NCBI GenBank assembly: GCA_030390025.1
Contig: CM059432.1
Location: 71,548,001-71,612,000 of the forward strand
Origin: Squalus acanthias
Lineage: Eukaryota
DNA: 64,000 bases
Direction of reading: 5' to 3'
Part shown: piece after piece, positions 23,470-36,780 of the stretch
How the letters are laid out: each line of letters begins with the position of its first letter
Position numbering within the stretch: position 1 is the stretch's first letter
Translations under genes and position numbers: made by a program
Notes under the pieces: generated by a model
The model's database searches: none
Told to the model about the DNA's origin: nothing
Seen by the model: the letters and a program-made list of their open reading frames with translations, nothing else

Positions 23470-25628
23470 GGGGGGGAAAATTTGTGTGCACCAACAAATG
23501 TGCCGTGTCACCAGCAACTCGAGTTGACAGACACTGAAAATGACCGCAGTGCTACCGGTGAAAAATTCGCCCTGGGGTTTGGCGATGTGTAGCACAGCGC
23601 TAACTTACCATGCAACGCCCTCCTAGTGGCGTTGATGGAGGCCTCTGACCCGAAGTTCCTGTCCACAGTCGGCGTTGCATCTTCTTACAGCCTGTGGGAG
23701 CGAGCCTGTGGAGTTCCCAAGGCATTGTGGGCAATTAAAGGGGCTATGAATTAAAGGGCCAATGCATTCAGACCTAATACAAATTACAATGCAGTGAAAA
23801 AATGCGGCTTTCAGCCCTTACTGCCTTTCAATAAAAAAACTACCATTATAAAGAAGTCCCAAATGGGATTCTTCAGCACTTAAAGCTGAGTTCCCTTCCA
23901 AGCCTCAAAAAATGAGAAAAGTACTTCAGCACTAACACAAATGGCTCAGCAAGCCAGGAAAGGGGCACCAAGCACTCCAGCTTTGTGCAAGGGGTCAACA
24001 CTGCAAGAGAGGTCCTCTACCCACAGGGGCCAGGAGGCCCCCAGAAATAAGGAAGTGATACCAGATCACTGAGGCCGTCACTGCCAGCAGTGTCGCCCCC
24101 ACCACCACCTGGCTCCAGTGCCCAAAGAAGCTTCATGACCTCAGACCACTGGCCAAGGTCAGTGAATACATCTTCAAAAGCTGTCTCCTACCAACTGCAT
24201 CACCAGCCTCACACACTGCTCAATGCTCGACTTCCCCCCCGCCGCCAGCCCTGAATCACCTACCAACAATCTGTACCAATCATGAGGCACATCTTCCATT
24301 CCTAGCCTCACCTCACCCCCTTGGAGGAGATGGTGCTGGCCATTCTTGTCAGGGGCATGGCTGAGCCCTTGGCCAGCAGCGGGGCTGAAAGGATACAAAA
24401 TGCTGGTATCCTCATACGTTATCCTCCTTCTCGCATGCACCTCTTGCTTTCCCACCCTCCCCTCAACACAACTCCACCCTTGTGCCTTCCTCATTTCACA
24501 CACCCAAGAAATGCAGCCTGCCCAGCCAGTGGGTGACCAAGAAGAGGGAGAGGGGAGTGAAGAAGAAGAAGAAGATTGATTTGACACTCGCAGCCACCAG
24601 CTCCTCAAGGTCGACCAGCAAGGCCATCTGCAGTGTCCCCCATTGAAAGTCAGCAGCCTTGCACCAGCCATGCTGCAGCCACTGGGGTAGCACTGTGTGA
24701 CATCAGTAGGATAGGCAAAGGCACACACAAGACAGTCTCTAAGAGAATGTATAAGGGGGATGAGTTGATTTCTTGATGTCATATTAGATGGATAGATGTA
24801 TAAAGTTGGAATGGAAAGTTTGCCTTGTGTTGGCTCTTATTTCAGCATCATGGCCAAGAGGATGCTGTGATGGTTAGTAACAGATGGAAGGTAAGGTGTG
24901 GTACTAATGTTGAAAGGGAAATTGGGGTTGTGATCACTGGTACCATAGGCAGATCATTCCATCCCGGATATCCCGGCCACAAAGGGGCTGCCTGGGATGC
25001 ATCCTTCCGTCTGCTGCTTCCTCTTCTGCGTCTTCCTCTTCCCTCTGCGAGCAGATACTGTCAATCTGAAATGACAGCATAAAATGCTGGAAATACTCAG
25101 CAGGTCAGGCAGCATCCCAACTTGTTTCTCTCTCCATGGATGTTGCCTGGCCTGTTGAGTATTTGCAGCATTTTCTGTTTTCTCAGAGGCCTTCTTTTAC
25201 CATCCAAGGTCTTGCAAGCCTCCAGCAGCACTCCGTGCACACTTAAAAAAACTTTTAACATCTATTGCAGCAACTCACTACTTCAATAAAATTAAAAATA
25301 CCTAGTCCAAAAGCTTAAATGCAAACTTACCTGAAAGAAGTGTATGTACTTTAAGAGGTGCTGACAGCACCTCTGTCAGTCTGCTTGCAGGCTAGGTTTA
25401 CCTGGCATGCTTCGGACCCAGCAGGGTCAAAGTTCGCAGTGGTGATGTTAAGCACCACTCTGCCACTTTTTTTTCAGGGCCGCTACTTCGGAACAGCAGC
25501 ACTACCGGGACGTTAAAAATGGTGGACACTGTGGGACTCGCCACCAGCTGGCGGAAGAGCGGACACCGCCGCTTTCTTCACTTAACGGTGCACTCACGGG
25601 TGGCGCTAAGGGAGGGAATTTCTCCCCC
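23470..25628 (+). mobile_element. Family-B Harbinger derivative
   Basis: GGGGGGGAAAATTT ... GGGAATTTCTCCCCC. Colinear with 383-2180 and 10905-11968. Contains the hairpin at 25081-25174. Confidence 0.8.
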
Positions 25629-26964
25629 TTGGGGCCCAGATCTCGGGGACCCAGTCTTAAAGGGGGTAATGATTTGGGAGCATCAATCTCATGTGGAGAC
25701 AGTTTCTATGTGTATTATTGTGATAATGGCCCTGCAGTATACCTTGGAGACAATGACAGCCCAGAAGATTGCTGCAGTTTCAAGATGCTAGGAAGAGCTT
25801 CCAATGACAGTGGTGGCTTCCATTGTGGCATCTGCCAATGCTTTAATAGATGCTTTGATTTCATAAGGCTTCTAATACCTCACTGGGGCAATTAGGTCAG
25901 TGATGACACTGACTAGTAGCACCTCTGAGCCTGCAACTAGCTGCAAGGAGTGGTTGCAGATGTCACTGTCTCTCTGGATGTGGCCGTAGCCTGCTTCCTT
26001 AAGGCCACCTTCAATGCCTTCGCATGAGGTAACTTCAAACATGGGACCACCATCCTTGCTACTCCAAGAGCCAAGCTGCTAGAAGCTGGTCCCTCTGGGA
26101 CAGCAGCTACCCTGAATAAAAGTCACCTCAGGTCTCTAAGGCTCCAGGGGAACCCTCCCAGCCACCCATCACTCAACCGTATACCACTCAGGGAGCACTT
26201 CAAAAGACGAGTAGATTAGGAACTAGAGTAAGTAAACTGGCTGGCACAAACGTTAGTCACGGTGTAATTGTAGCAAGAGAGTATATGTTTTGTTGGCACT
26301 TCCTGGTAAATGCTGTTGTCTCAAGTAATGATAGTTTGATCACATAGAGTTCGGAGTTAATTTCTGTATCTGCTTTCAATTTTTGGTAGTTGGATGATGG
26401 CAAAAGAAATGCAGACTTCTGTCTTATGAAGGACCCTGGCAGAAGTCTTGGAAAGTGAAGGACTTTGTGAGAATGTGTGGGAGAAGAACAGGCAGATATG
26501 AAGTGACATTATTTGGTGACTCAATCTTTATTTATTGAAAGATTTGAGCTCTCATTTGTGCTCTCCTTGCTCTGCGAGCTGGTTTCTGTCTCTCCTGTTC
26601 TAGTTCCTCGCTTTCTTGTGCGCCCTCCTCCTGCTGTGAGATGCATAAGTCAGACCTTCTTAATCTTTCAACCTAGCTAACTAAGTGTCTAAGTGTAAGG
26701 AAGAGATACCTTTGGTAATGCCTGACTCTAAGAGCCTCCAACGTAGTCTCATAGATGTATCTATCCTCCTCCCATTCGCAGCATCAAAATCAAGATATTT
26801 CCATTGAGAAATCTATGGCCTAGAAATTCGGTTGTGCGTCGCCCATTTTTCGGGCGCTAAGCAGTCTCCTAAGCCTCCAATATGGCAGGCAAGAAGTTCC
26901 AGAAATACTGTGTATCAGAGCATTTTCTGTGATTTAACTTGACTTTTAACCCCATATATATAAA

Positions 26965-27690
26965 GGGAATTTTAACCCCCAGCTTGGCGGGAGAGGGGCC
27001 GATGAGGCGAGGGGGGGGTTAAATTCTTAAAAATCAGAAACCCGACCCCAACACGCCACGAATGCGCCTACTTCTGGTTTAACCAGGGTGGTTTGGGGGG
27101 GCGGACGAGTAACCTGTTTTCGAGAGGTGGGTCAGTAATTTAAACATGTTAATGAGGCCGTGTGCCTCACTTTTTTGCAGCCTTTTAGATTTAATGGCTG
27201 CAGGCCGGGTTTCCCAGGGCTCAGGAAACCTGGCAGCTGAAGGGGGCTGGATCCAGCAGGTAAGTGCCTCTTATAGCACTGCTTGCGGTCCACGAGGAGC
27301 AGGAGTGATTCCTCCTGGCCCCCCAAGCAAACCTACTGCGATTCCCACCGCCCCCTCGCGATCCGCCAATCCCCCCGTGATCCACTGACGCCCCTCACGA
27401 TCCGCTGACCCCCCTCCTGCAATCCAATGCCCCTGCGATCTCCAGGCCGACCCATGATCTCCAGGCTGATTAGTGATCCCCCCGGCGAGCTCTCTCCCTC
27501 CTTCTTCTCCGGTTCCCGGCTGCGGTTTTCTAGCACAGGCCTTCCCGCCCGACAGCCAGTCAGTATCTCAATCTGGCTGGCTGCCGGTTGGGAAAAGGAG
27601 AAAAAATTTGGCAGGACCTCCGCATTACCCACATTTCTGGGTTTCACTGCCGCTACAAGTCCCCCTGCTCCATCCCCGCCTCACTGTAAA
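26965..27690. mobile_element. MITE of the 3412-6400 family (inverted)
   Basis: Shared GAAACCCGACCC, CCTCATTAA and C-rich CGATC repeats. Confidence 0.6.
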
Positions 27691-27711
27691 TAGTGTGTAA
27701 AAAGGAAGAAG

Positions 27712-28345
27712 CTTTTTTTTAATTTGTTCCTGGGATGTGGGCGTCGCTGGCAAGGCCAGCATTTATTGCCCATCCTTAATTGACCTTGAGAAGGTGGTGG
27801 TGAGCCGCCTTCTTGAACCGCTGCAGTCCGAGTGGTGAAGGTACTCCCACAGTGCTGTTAGGGAGGGAGTTCCAGGATTTTGACCCAGCGGCGATGAAGG
27901 ATCAGCGATATACCTCCAAGTCAGGATGGTGTGCGACTTGGAGGGGAACTTGGAGGTGATGATGTTCCCATGCGCCTGCTGCCCATGTCCTTCTAGGTGG
28001 AAGAGATTGCAGGTTTGGGAGGTGCTGCCAAAGATGCCTTGGCAAGTTGCTGCAGTGCATCTTGTAGATGGTACACACTGCAGCCACACTGCAGCAATGG
28101 TGGAGGGAGTGAATGTTTAAGGTGGTGGATGGGGTGCCAATCAATCAGGTTGCTTTGTCCTGGATGGTGTCGAGCTTCTTGAGTGTTGTTGGAGGGTCTT
28201 GCTGCATGCAGACATGGACTGCTTCATTATCTGAGGAGTTGCGAATGGCACTGAACACTGAGCAGTCATCAGCAAACATCTCCACTTCTGACCTTATGAT
28301 GGAGGGAAGGTCATTGATGCAGCAGCTGAAGATGGTTGGGCCTAG
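27712..28345 (-). mobile_element. 5'-truncated, internally deleted non-LTR retrotransposon (39540-42037 family)
   Basis: Poly-T at 27713, then reverse complement of 41540-42010 and 41060-41200. Confidence 0.9.
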
Positions 28346-28663
28346 AAATGCAAAGGGATCAATAATTCAATAAGCAGTGACACCAAGTAGCCACCAACCT
28401 CAATTTCTTTTAACATGATAATAACAGTCTAATTCTAATAGCATGATACATCATAGATAAAACGCTTCATATTTGTCCCATTGTGTCCCATTGTGTCTTC
28501 AGTGTGTTTTGTTCTAGAAATTCCCCTTATCCAGGGTATATGGTGTGTGTCTGTTACTTCCTAACTTTGTGCTCCATCTAAATGTCTCCCCAATGGGAAA
28601 AGAAATTGAGGTTGATGGCTACTTGGTGTCACTGCTTATTGCATTATTGATCCCTTTGCATTT
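28346..28663. repeat. 66-bp inverted repeat (64/66 identical), 186-bp spacer
   Basis: 28346-28411 is the reverse complement of 28598-28663. Confidence 0.95.
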
Positions 28664-29579
28664 AAATTCAGTCAGAGAAATAGTTTATGGCCTTGTTCAC
28701 AAATCTATTTATCCCTCTTCATCAACCATCTATCTAATCTATTCTGGAATGTTGATGTGGTCTCTGCTTCAATCATTAACTCCACTAGTGCATTCTACAG
28801 CCTCACAACCTGCTGAGTTTTAAAAAATGTTTCTCCTGCTTTCTGTCCTAAATCTCTCGCATCTAATCTCATATTTGATTTCCCTAATTCTAAACCCCTC
28901 AATCACCGGAAACAGTAGGGGAGAAATTCAACAATGTCACATTCCATTTTACAGTTGTACAATGGGCGCATCAGTGACAGATTTAGCAATGCGATGACCC
29001 AGCCCAACCTGCGCAAGCATTCGGGTGACTACTAAAATAGGAGAATCTGGTGACTGCCTTAAACAGGCGTTAGGCACCTTAATTATGTTAATGAGCTGCC
29101 CAGGCCCTGAACTCTGGAATTCCCTCGCTAAACCTCTTCGCATCTCTCGCCTCCTTTAAGATGCTCCTTATAACCTATCTCTTTCACCTATCCTAATACC
29201 TCCTTATGTGGGTCGGTGTCAAATTTTGTTTGATAACACTCCTGTGAAGCGCCTTGGGACATTTTACTACATTAAAGGCACTATATTTAAGTGCTCCATT
29301 CAGGTTTTCAAGAGTTTGCGGCAACAAACAGGTAATTAAAAAAAAAAAAATGACCTTAATATGGACCCAGAAGAAGCAGGAGCACGGGCTGCTGATGGAC
29401 CGTGATGACCCCCATCTACTCTCATTCCACCCCCCGCACTTCTAGACTTACCCGAGAGCCGCTGTCGGTGAGGCAAGTGAGCCAAAGTTGATCCGACCAC
29501 ACGTGCAAGCTGCCTCTAGAGGCGTAACAGGCGCTGGTAGCCCTGGGCCTCCTGGTTCAGGTGCATACTGGAAACATAC

Positions 29580-30202
29580 GGGGGGAATTTTCCCAGCCCT
29601 GGGGAGGCGGGTATGGAGGCGGGACTACCGGGAAAATGGCAGAAACTGGGAGCGGTTACCGACCCCGCTCCCAACCCGCCTCCATGCCATCTTCCCGGGA
29701 GGTGGGTCCCCGAGTCACACAGGGTCTGCAGGGGTGAGGGGGTCGAAATGTCAGCTGTAGAGGTGAGTGATGGGTGCAAGTGTGGACAGATGAGTATGAG
29801 AGGTGAGTGTAAAGTGTTGGAAAATGTTTCCTTACCTTTGCTTCTTTTTGCAGGCTTCAACCTTTGAGGATCAGGAGGTGCCTCATCTCAACGGCAGAGA
29901 TGACAGAATGGCTGCTGCATTCTCAGATGCAGCAGCCATCTGCTTTCTGCTGAGGAGAGAGGTCAAAGCTGTCAAACGCTGACAATTCATCTGTCAAAAA
30001 AGTTTCGACAGATGAAGCGTCATACGCTGACGTCATCTGTCACCGGCTTTCTCTTAATTGGCCAGTAAGCCCGCTGGGCGGGCTTAACAAAGTCAATCAA
30101 GGGAAAATAGCGTGGGTTAGTCAGACGTCGCTGGGGGCAGGACTGAAACCCGGAAACCAGAAGTCCCGCCTCCAGCACGTCTCCATTGAGAAAATCCAGC
30201 CC
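29580..30202. mobile_element. Harbinger-type MITE
   Basis: GGGGGGAATTTTC ... GAAAATCCAGCCC termini with GC-rich subtermini. No clear TSD. Confidence 0.55.
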
Positions 30203-30914
30203 ATACTGTCCATTATGTTCCCAAAAATGGGCCATAACAAATTTAGATCCTGTCTGCCCCATTCCTTAATAATTTAAATGCCTCTATCAAAACACCACAT
30301 AATCTCCCCTGTTTCAATGAAAACAGACTGAATTTTTCATATCATGCTTTTGGTGTCCTGGTCAACTAACATCACCAAAAAACAGATTAACTAATTATGG
30401 CCTAGAAATTCGTCTCAGGCGGTGGTGCAAAACTGAGGGTATCGGATCGGCCGCCCATTATAGGCCGCGCCTGATATTCAGTTCGATTGCTGCCCGGGGA
30501 GCAGATCTGTTAAGGGTGCAGATATAGTTTGATGTCAGCAGCAATATCTCTCCGTATTATTCCCCACCAGCACATTGCTCTATCTGCCAGCTGATATTCT
30601 GGAATGAGTGTTTTTTATTAACAGCAATGCCTCATTCAGTGTGGAAGTGGGAGAGGTGGTTGTTGTCAGGACTCACACAGGGTGGCTGACCCTGAGTAAG
30701 TTAATCGTGACTCGAAAGGGACTTAGTCATATGAGGCCCACTGTGAAGCAATACACGAATTTGACCTATTTTAAAAAGGTTGGATACCCCCGTAGTAAGA
30801 GTCAGAATAGAGGAGTAGTACTCCAGTGACACCAGAATCCAGGGTGGTTAAAAACTAATTTAATAAGGATCTCTAGAGGTAATAGGGGCTGAGGAAACAT
30901 GTTGAAAACACTGA

Positions 30915-31936
30915 GGCCATGATTTTGCCAGCGCTCAAAGGGCGGCTTCGGAGGCGGGTCAGGTGTTAAATTCAAAATGATTGACAGCAGGTTTGGAACC
31001 CGCCGCGAACCCGCCTCCACGCCAGTTTCCAAAGTGTCGGTTCTGCGCCTTCACAGCAGACCCGACACAAAGCGGTGGGAGAGACACTTAAGGTTGTTAA
31101 CAGCTTGTTAACTCCTTGTTAAATGCTATTTTGCCAGGGTAATTCCATTGTCACACATTTTCAATGTGTTTCACGTCGTTCAGCAACCACGCCAGCTGAG
31201 TGTGTTGGGTCTTCCAACGAACTAAATAGTTCACAGCTGCAAGTGCTGCATATAAACTTACCAATCACATCAGTTCATTTTCAAATGGCTGAAGTTGCTG
31301 AATTCATGATTTGTAGGACACCTTTGAGCTATATTGAGGTTGTAAGTGTGTGCTGTGAGCTCCATATGCACTGTCACCTCCTCGGAATAAGCTCTCTCCC
31401 CATTGACATACTCATGATAACATCTCATCCTCAACTGCCAGATATAATGGCAGAATGGGAACCATTTATACTCTCGCATCCTGGTCCTCCGATTCGGAAG
31501 AGGATCATCCGCGGCAGCAGCAGAACCAGGCACAGCAGCAGCACCAACAAGAGCGCCAACCTTCTCTTCAGCCGTCGGATGCTGCCCAGGGCAGAGGCCA
31601 TCAGGGCTTGGCTGGCCCACGCTGCAGGAGATACCCCCAAAACAGGGTTTACAGGCAGAGGATGAGCTTCCTCAACATGAGTGAGCAACACTGCCAAAGG
31701 AGGCTGAGACTTTCTCGAGAGGTAGTCGCAGACAACTGCTCAATGCTGGACCAAGACTTGCAGCCCAGAGGAGCGGGTGGACATGCCTTACCAGTGGCTG
31801 TCAAAGTCACCACTGCCCTCAACATCTTTGCGCAGGGTCCTTCCAGGAATCAGCAGCAGACATTAGCGGCATCTCCCAGTCGGGCACCCACAGATGCATC
31901 ACGCAGGTTACCAATGCCCTCTTTGCAAAGTCTGCC
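30915..31936 (+). mobile_element. 5' part of a different Harbinger family with truncated transposase N-terminus
   Basis: TIR-like GGCCATGATTTT. Peptide [34 protein letters not shown]...[12 protein letters not shown], then frameshifted and truncated. Confidence 0.8.
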
Positions 31937-32005
31937 AATCAGAACAGCTCAGGCTCAGACCTGCCTTCTCAGAACCTTTATTAGATCTGATTGACTCAAA
32001 ATATG

Positions 32006-32147
32006 GGTTCTAACGAAAGGTCATTGACCTGAAACGTTGACTCTGTTCCTCTCTCCACAGATGCTGCCTGACCTGCTGAGTATGTCCAGCATTTTCTGTT
32101 TTTACAGTATTTCAGATTTCCAGCATCCGCAGTATTCTGCTTTTGTA
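32006..32147 (+). mobile_element. Penelope-type terminal-repeat fragment with mutated hammerhead core
   Basis: CTAACGA-A-AGGTC-ATT-GACCT-GAAACGTT followed by CAGATGCTGCCTGACCTGCTGAG. Confidence 0.75.
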
Positions 32148-33480
32148 TGTTACAAGTAAACAAGTTGACATATGAATTGAATACTGTAAGCTCAAATATG
32201 CCCACATGCGCTCTTATCCAATTCTTTGATAGATGGTGTGCTGATGAACTTTCTAATAAGACAAGCCAATGACATCAAGAAGCTTGTTAACTTTGCAAAC
32301 TACAGAAGTAGCAATTCTCGACATTTTAAAACTTTTCCTACAATGCTTCTCCTAACAACGCAAAACAACAAAGCATGCTGAGCTGTCCCAGATATTCACT
32401 TTTTGTTTTATTTCCTTTTGGGTCAGCTTCTAGCTGGGAAAACCAACCTGCTTTATCTTAATTCCCAGCTCAGGCTCAGACCTGCCTTCTCACAATCTTT
32501 ATTGGACCTGATTGACTCAAAATATGTTTTTTTTCCTCCCTTTTTCGTTAATTGTGACTCCAGAAAGCAGGATCTCACCAGATTACTCTGGCAACTCCCC
32601 CTACTGAGCTCAAACAAATCTAGACATCTCAATCAGAACAGGAGAACTCAAGCCTGGAAGTAATAGAGTGGATAAAGGTTTCAGCAGCAGTGGGAAGAGA
32701 CAAGGGTAGAATTGGATGATGTTTTGAAGCTAAATGGTCTTGGATTTGTGTTTGAAGCTCAGCTCAGAGTTGAGAAGGATATTGAGGTTCTGCACCATTC
32801 GGTTCAACATAAACAAGCTGCTGTTGAGGAAACTAAAGTAGGAAACTAGGCTTCAGTCTTGCCAAATTAAATTGGAAATGCTTCTGGCTCGAACAATTAA
32901 TCTGACAGCATGCGGTGCTTGTGGAGTCAAATGTATCTGAGAGGTAGAGCTGGGTGTCGTCAGCCTTCTTTGTGGAAGGTGAACATAATCCTATGACTAA
33001 TATCACCAACAAGCAATATAAATAAGGAAAGTTGGGGGTGGTGGCAAGAATGGAACCTTGGGGAGTGCGCTGGGATGGGAGTAGAAGCCACTGCTGGAGG
33101 TACGCTGGCTGCTTTAGGAAAGATTGAAGGGAACTTGATCAATGGCTGTGGAGCAGGAATGTAAAACAAAAAAAAATGCTTCATACCATGGAAGATAAAA
33201 AGCTGAAGGTGGGAGAAATGTAATGCTCTAGCAAGCTGTCCTAATTCGGCATCAATTACATAACACAAAAGACATCTATTGGAAAAGATTTATGATGTCC
33301 ACCTTTTAAGCAAAATTGTTACAGCGTTCTTCACACATTTATGATTTCACTATAAGTAGCAAACAATGGACACCTTATTGGCTGCTATGAGCAAACTGGA
33401 TTGGAACATTGACACTGATATTGTGAATGTCAATTAGGTACTGAATCAGAATCCGCATATGGGGAATGTAAATGTGGACA

Positions 33481-35978
33481 GGAACATAGGAAAAGGAGTA
33501 GGCCATTGAGCCCCTCGAGCCTGTTCCACTATTCAATTAGATCATGGTTGATCTGCGACCTAACTCCATATACCCGCCTTTGGCCCATATCCCTTAATAC
33601 CTTTGGTTAACAAAAAGCTATCAATCTCAGATTTTAAATTAACAATTGATCTATCATCGATTGCCATTTGCGGAACAGAGTTCCATGCTTCTACCACCCT
33701 TTGTGTATAGAAGTGTTTCCTAATTTCACTCCTAAAAGGTCTAGCTCTAAGTTTTAGACTATGCCTCCTAGTCCTAGAATCCCCAACCAGCAGAAATAGT
33801 TTCTCTATTTCTCTCTATTTACCCTATCTGTTCCCCTTAATATCTTGAAAACTTCAATCAGATCACTCCTTAACCTTCTAAATTCTAGGGAATACAACCC
33901 TAATTTGTGTAATCTTCATCGTAACTTAACCCTTGAAGTCTGTATATCATTCTTCCTAAGGTGTGATGCCCAGAACTGCTTAAAGTACTCCAGGTGTGGT
34001 CTAACCAGGGTTTTGTATAGCTGCTGCATAACTTCTACCCCCTTGTATTCTTGTCCTCTAGAATAAAGGCCAACATTCCATTAGCCTTTTTGATTATTTT
34101 CTGTACCTGTTCATGATATTTTAATAATCTATGTACCTGGACCCCAAGTCTCTTTGGACCTCCACTATTTTTAGCTTTTCACCATTTAGAAAGTATTCTG
34201 TTCTATCGTTTTTAGGTCCAAAGTGGATGACCTCACATTTGCCTACATTGAAATCCATTTGCCACAGTTTTGCCCAATCACATAATCTGTCGATATCCCT
34301 TTGTAATTTTATGCTTTCACCTACACTGCCTACACTGCCGCCTATCTTCGTGTCATTGGCAAATTTGGATGTATGACTTTCTATGCCATCATCTGAGTCG
34401 TTAATAAATACTGTGAATAGTTGAGGCCCCAACACAGATCCCTACGGGACAGTACTGGTCACATCCTGCCAATTTGAGTACCTATCTATTATCCCTACTG
34501 CCTGTCTCCTGCCGCTCAGCCAATTTCCTAACCAGGTCAATAATATGCCCTCAATTCCGTGGGCTTCTACCTTAGTTCATCTACTGCTGAAACCCTCATC
34601 CCTGCCTTTGTTACCTCTAGACTTGACTATTGCAACACACTTCCCTGAGATATCTGCGCTCCTCTAATTCTGCCCTCTTGAGTATCCCTCATTATAATCG
34701 CTCAACCATTGGCGGCCATGCCTTCTGTTGCCTAGGCCCTAAGCTCTGGAATTCTCTGCCTAAACCTCTCCGCCACTCTACCTCTCTTTCCTTCTTTAAG
34801 ACGCTTCTTAAAACCTACCGCTCTGACCAAGCCTGCCCTAATTTCTCCTTATGTGGCTCGGTGTCAAATTTTTTGTCTTATAATACTCCTGTAAAGTGCC
34901 TTGGGACTTTTAATACGTTAAAGGCGCTATATAAATACAAGTAGTTGTTGGTTCATAGTTAACAGTCTCTTATGTGGAACTTTATCAAATGTTTTCTGGA
35001 AGTCCATATAAATAACAGCCATAGACATTCCCCTATCCACTACTTTAGTCACGTCCTCAAAACATTCAATCAGGTTTGTCAGGCATGACCTACCTTACAC
35101 AAATCCATGCTGGCTCTCTCTGATCAACTGAAAATTTTCAAGGTGTTCAGTCACCCTGTCCTTAATTATAGACTCTAGCAATTTCCCGACAACAGATGTT
35201 AGGTTAACTGGTCTATAATTCCCTGGTTTCCCTCTCGCGCCATTCTTAAATAGTGGAGTGACATGCGCAATTTTCCAATCTAAAGGAACGGTTCCTGAAT
35301 CGAGAGAACTTTGGAAGATTATAGTTAGGGCATCTGCAATGTGCTCACCTACTTCCTTTAAAACCCTGGATGGAAACCATATGGTCCTGGGGATTTGTCA
35401 CTCTTTAGTGCCATTATTTTCTTCATTACTGTTATTTTACTTACGATAATTTTAGTCAGTCCCTGTCCCTGATTCAATATTAGTTTCCTTGGGATTTCCA
35501 GCCTGCTATTCTCTTCTTCTATTGTAAATACTGACGCAAAGTAATTATTCAACATGTCCGTCATTTGCTTATTATCATTGACAATATCACCGCTTTCAGT
35601 TTTTAAGGGGCCAACGTTGCTCATGACCACCCACTTTTTCCTAATATAATTGTAAAATAATTTTGTGTTGATTTTGATATCCCTTGCCAGTTTCTTTTCA
35701 TACTCCCTTTTTGTAGCTCTTACTATCTGTTTTGTGACCCTTTGCTGTTCTTTGTATCTTTCCCGCTCGCCAGGATCTGTGCTATTTTTTGCATTTTTGT
35801 ATGCTTTTACTTTTAGTTTCATGCTGTCCCTTACCTCTTTAGTCGTCCATGGCTGTTTTTTTTGGCAAGTAGAGCTCTTGCCCCTCAGGGGTATAAACTG
35901 GTTCTGTATCACCTTGAATTCTTTTTTGAACATCTCCCAGTGATCTTCTGTCACTTTACCCATTAACAGATTTGCCCA
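33481..35978 (-). mobile_element. 5'-truncated CR1 LINE
   Basis: ORFs 35358-35990 and 34121-34435 are CR1 ORF2 (KSPGP, KFANDTKIGG, WQMDFNVGKCEVIHFG). 3' tail at 33481. Confidence 0.92.
34580..34950 (+). mobile_element. L2-type LINE 3' end nested in CR1
   Basis: SRLDY, LRSS, GPKLWNSLP and FKTLLKTY motifs. Tail GCGCTATATAAATACAAGTAGTTGTTG. Confidence 0.8.
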
Positions 35979-36129
35979 GGACAAGAACAATCAGCTTGGA
36001 AATTATTACTTGGCACATAAAGTAATGAAAGCTTAGAAAAAGCTTTTCACATCGAGCTCATGAATGAAAATAAACTTTAAGTGGGTTAATGCTTCCGTTT
36101 AAAAAGCAAAGGAAGGTATTTCACATGTT

Positions 36130-36780
36130 GGGGATAATTCTAACCCTCCATGATGGGCAGGAGAGAGGCGGGAGGGGTTAAATTTGATAAAATGGGAAAC
36201 CCGACCCAAACTCACTGTGAACAGGCCTACTTCCGTTTCAACTGCGGTGGGTTTGGGTTGGAATTGTAACCCATTCTACAGAGGCAGGTCGGCAATTATA
36301 ACATTTAAATGAGGTTGCATGCCTCAGATTTTATTATCAATTTCGATTTAAAGCCTGCGGGCTGGGTTTCCCAGGCAATCTCTCTTCCCCCTCAATCTCT
36401 CTTTGCCAGAGATATCTCTCCCACGTCCCCCCCACGTGATCTCTAATCCCCCTGCGATCTCTCTTCCCCTGCAATCTGAGCGCCTTGTGATCTGAGCCCC
36501 CCTGCGATCTGAGACCACCCTGCACCGAGCCCCGATCTTCTCAATTGCCGGGGACCATCCCCAGCGGTCCCTGGCTGGTGCTTTGTAGCACAGGCTTTCC
36601 CACCCGACAGTAGCCAGCCTTCAATTTGGCCGGCTGTCGGGCGAGAAACGGAGTAAAAAAACTCGAATGAGGTCATTCCATTATATCTGGCAGGACCTCC
36701 GTGTTTCCAGTATTTCCGGGTTTCCCGGCTACTGACAGATGCCCCCGCACCCTCCCTGCCTCCCCATAAATATCGGGGCC
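36130..36780. mobile_element. MITE of the 3412-6400 family
   Basis: GGGGATAATT ... AATATCGGGGCC, flanks GTT/ATT. Colinear with 26965-27690. Confidence 0.65.
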
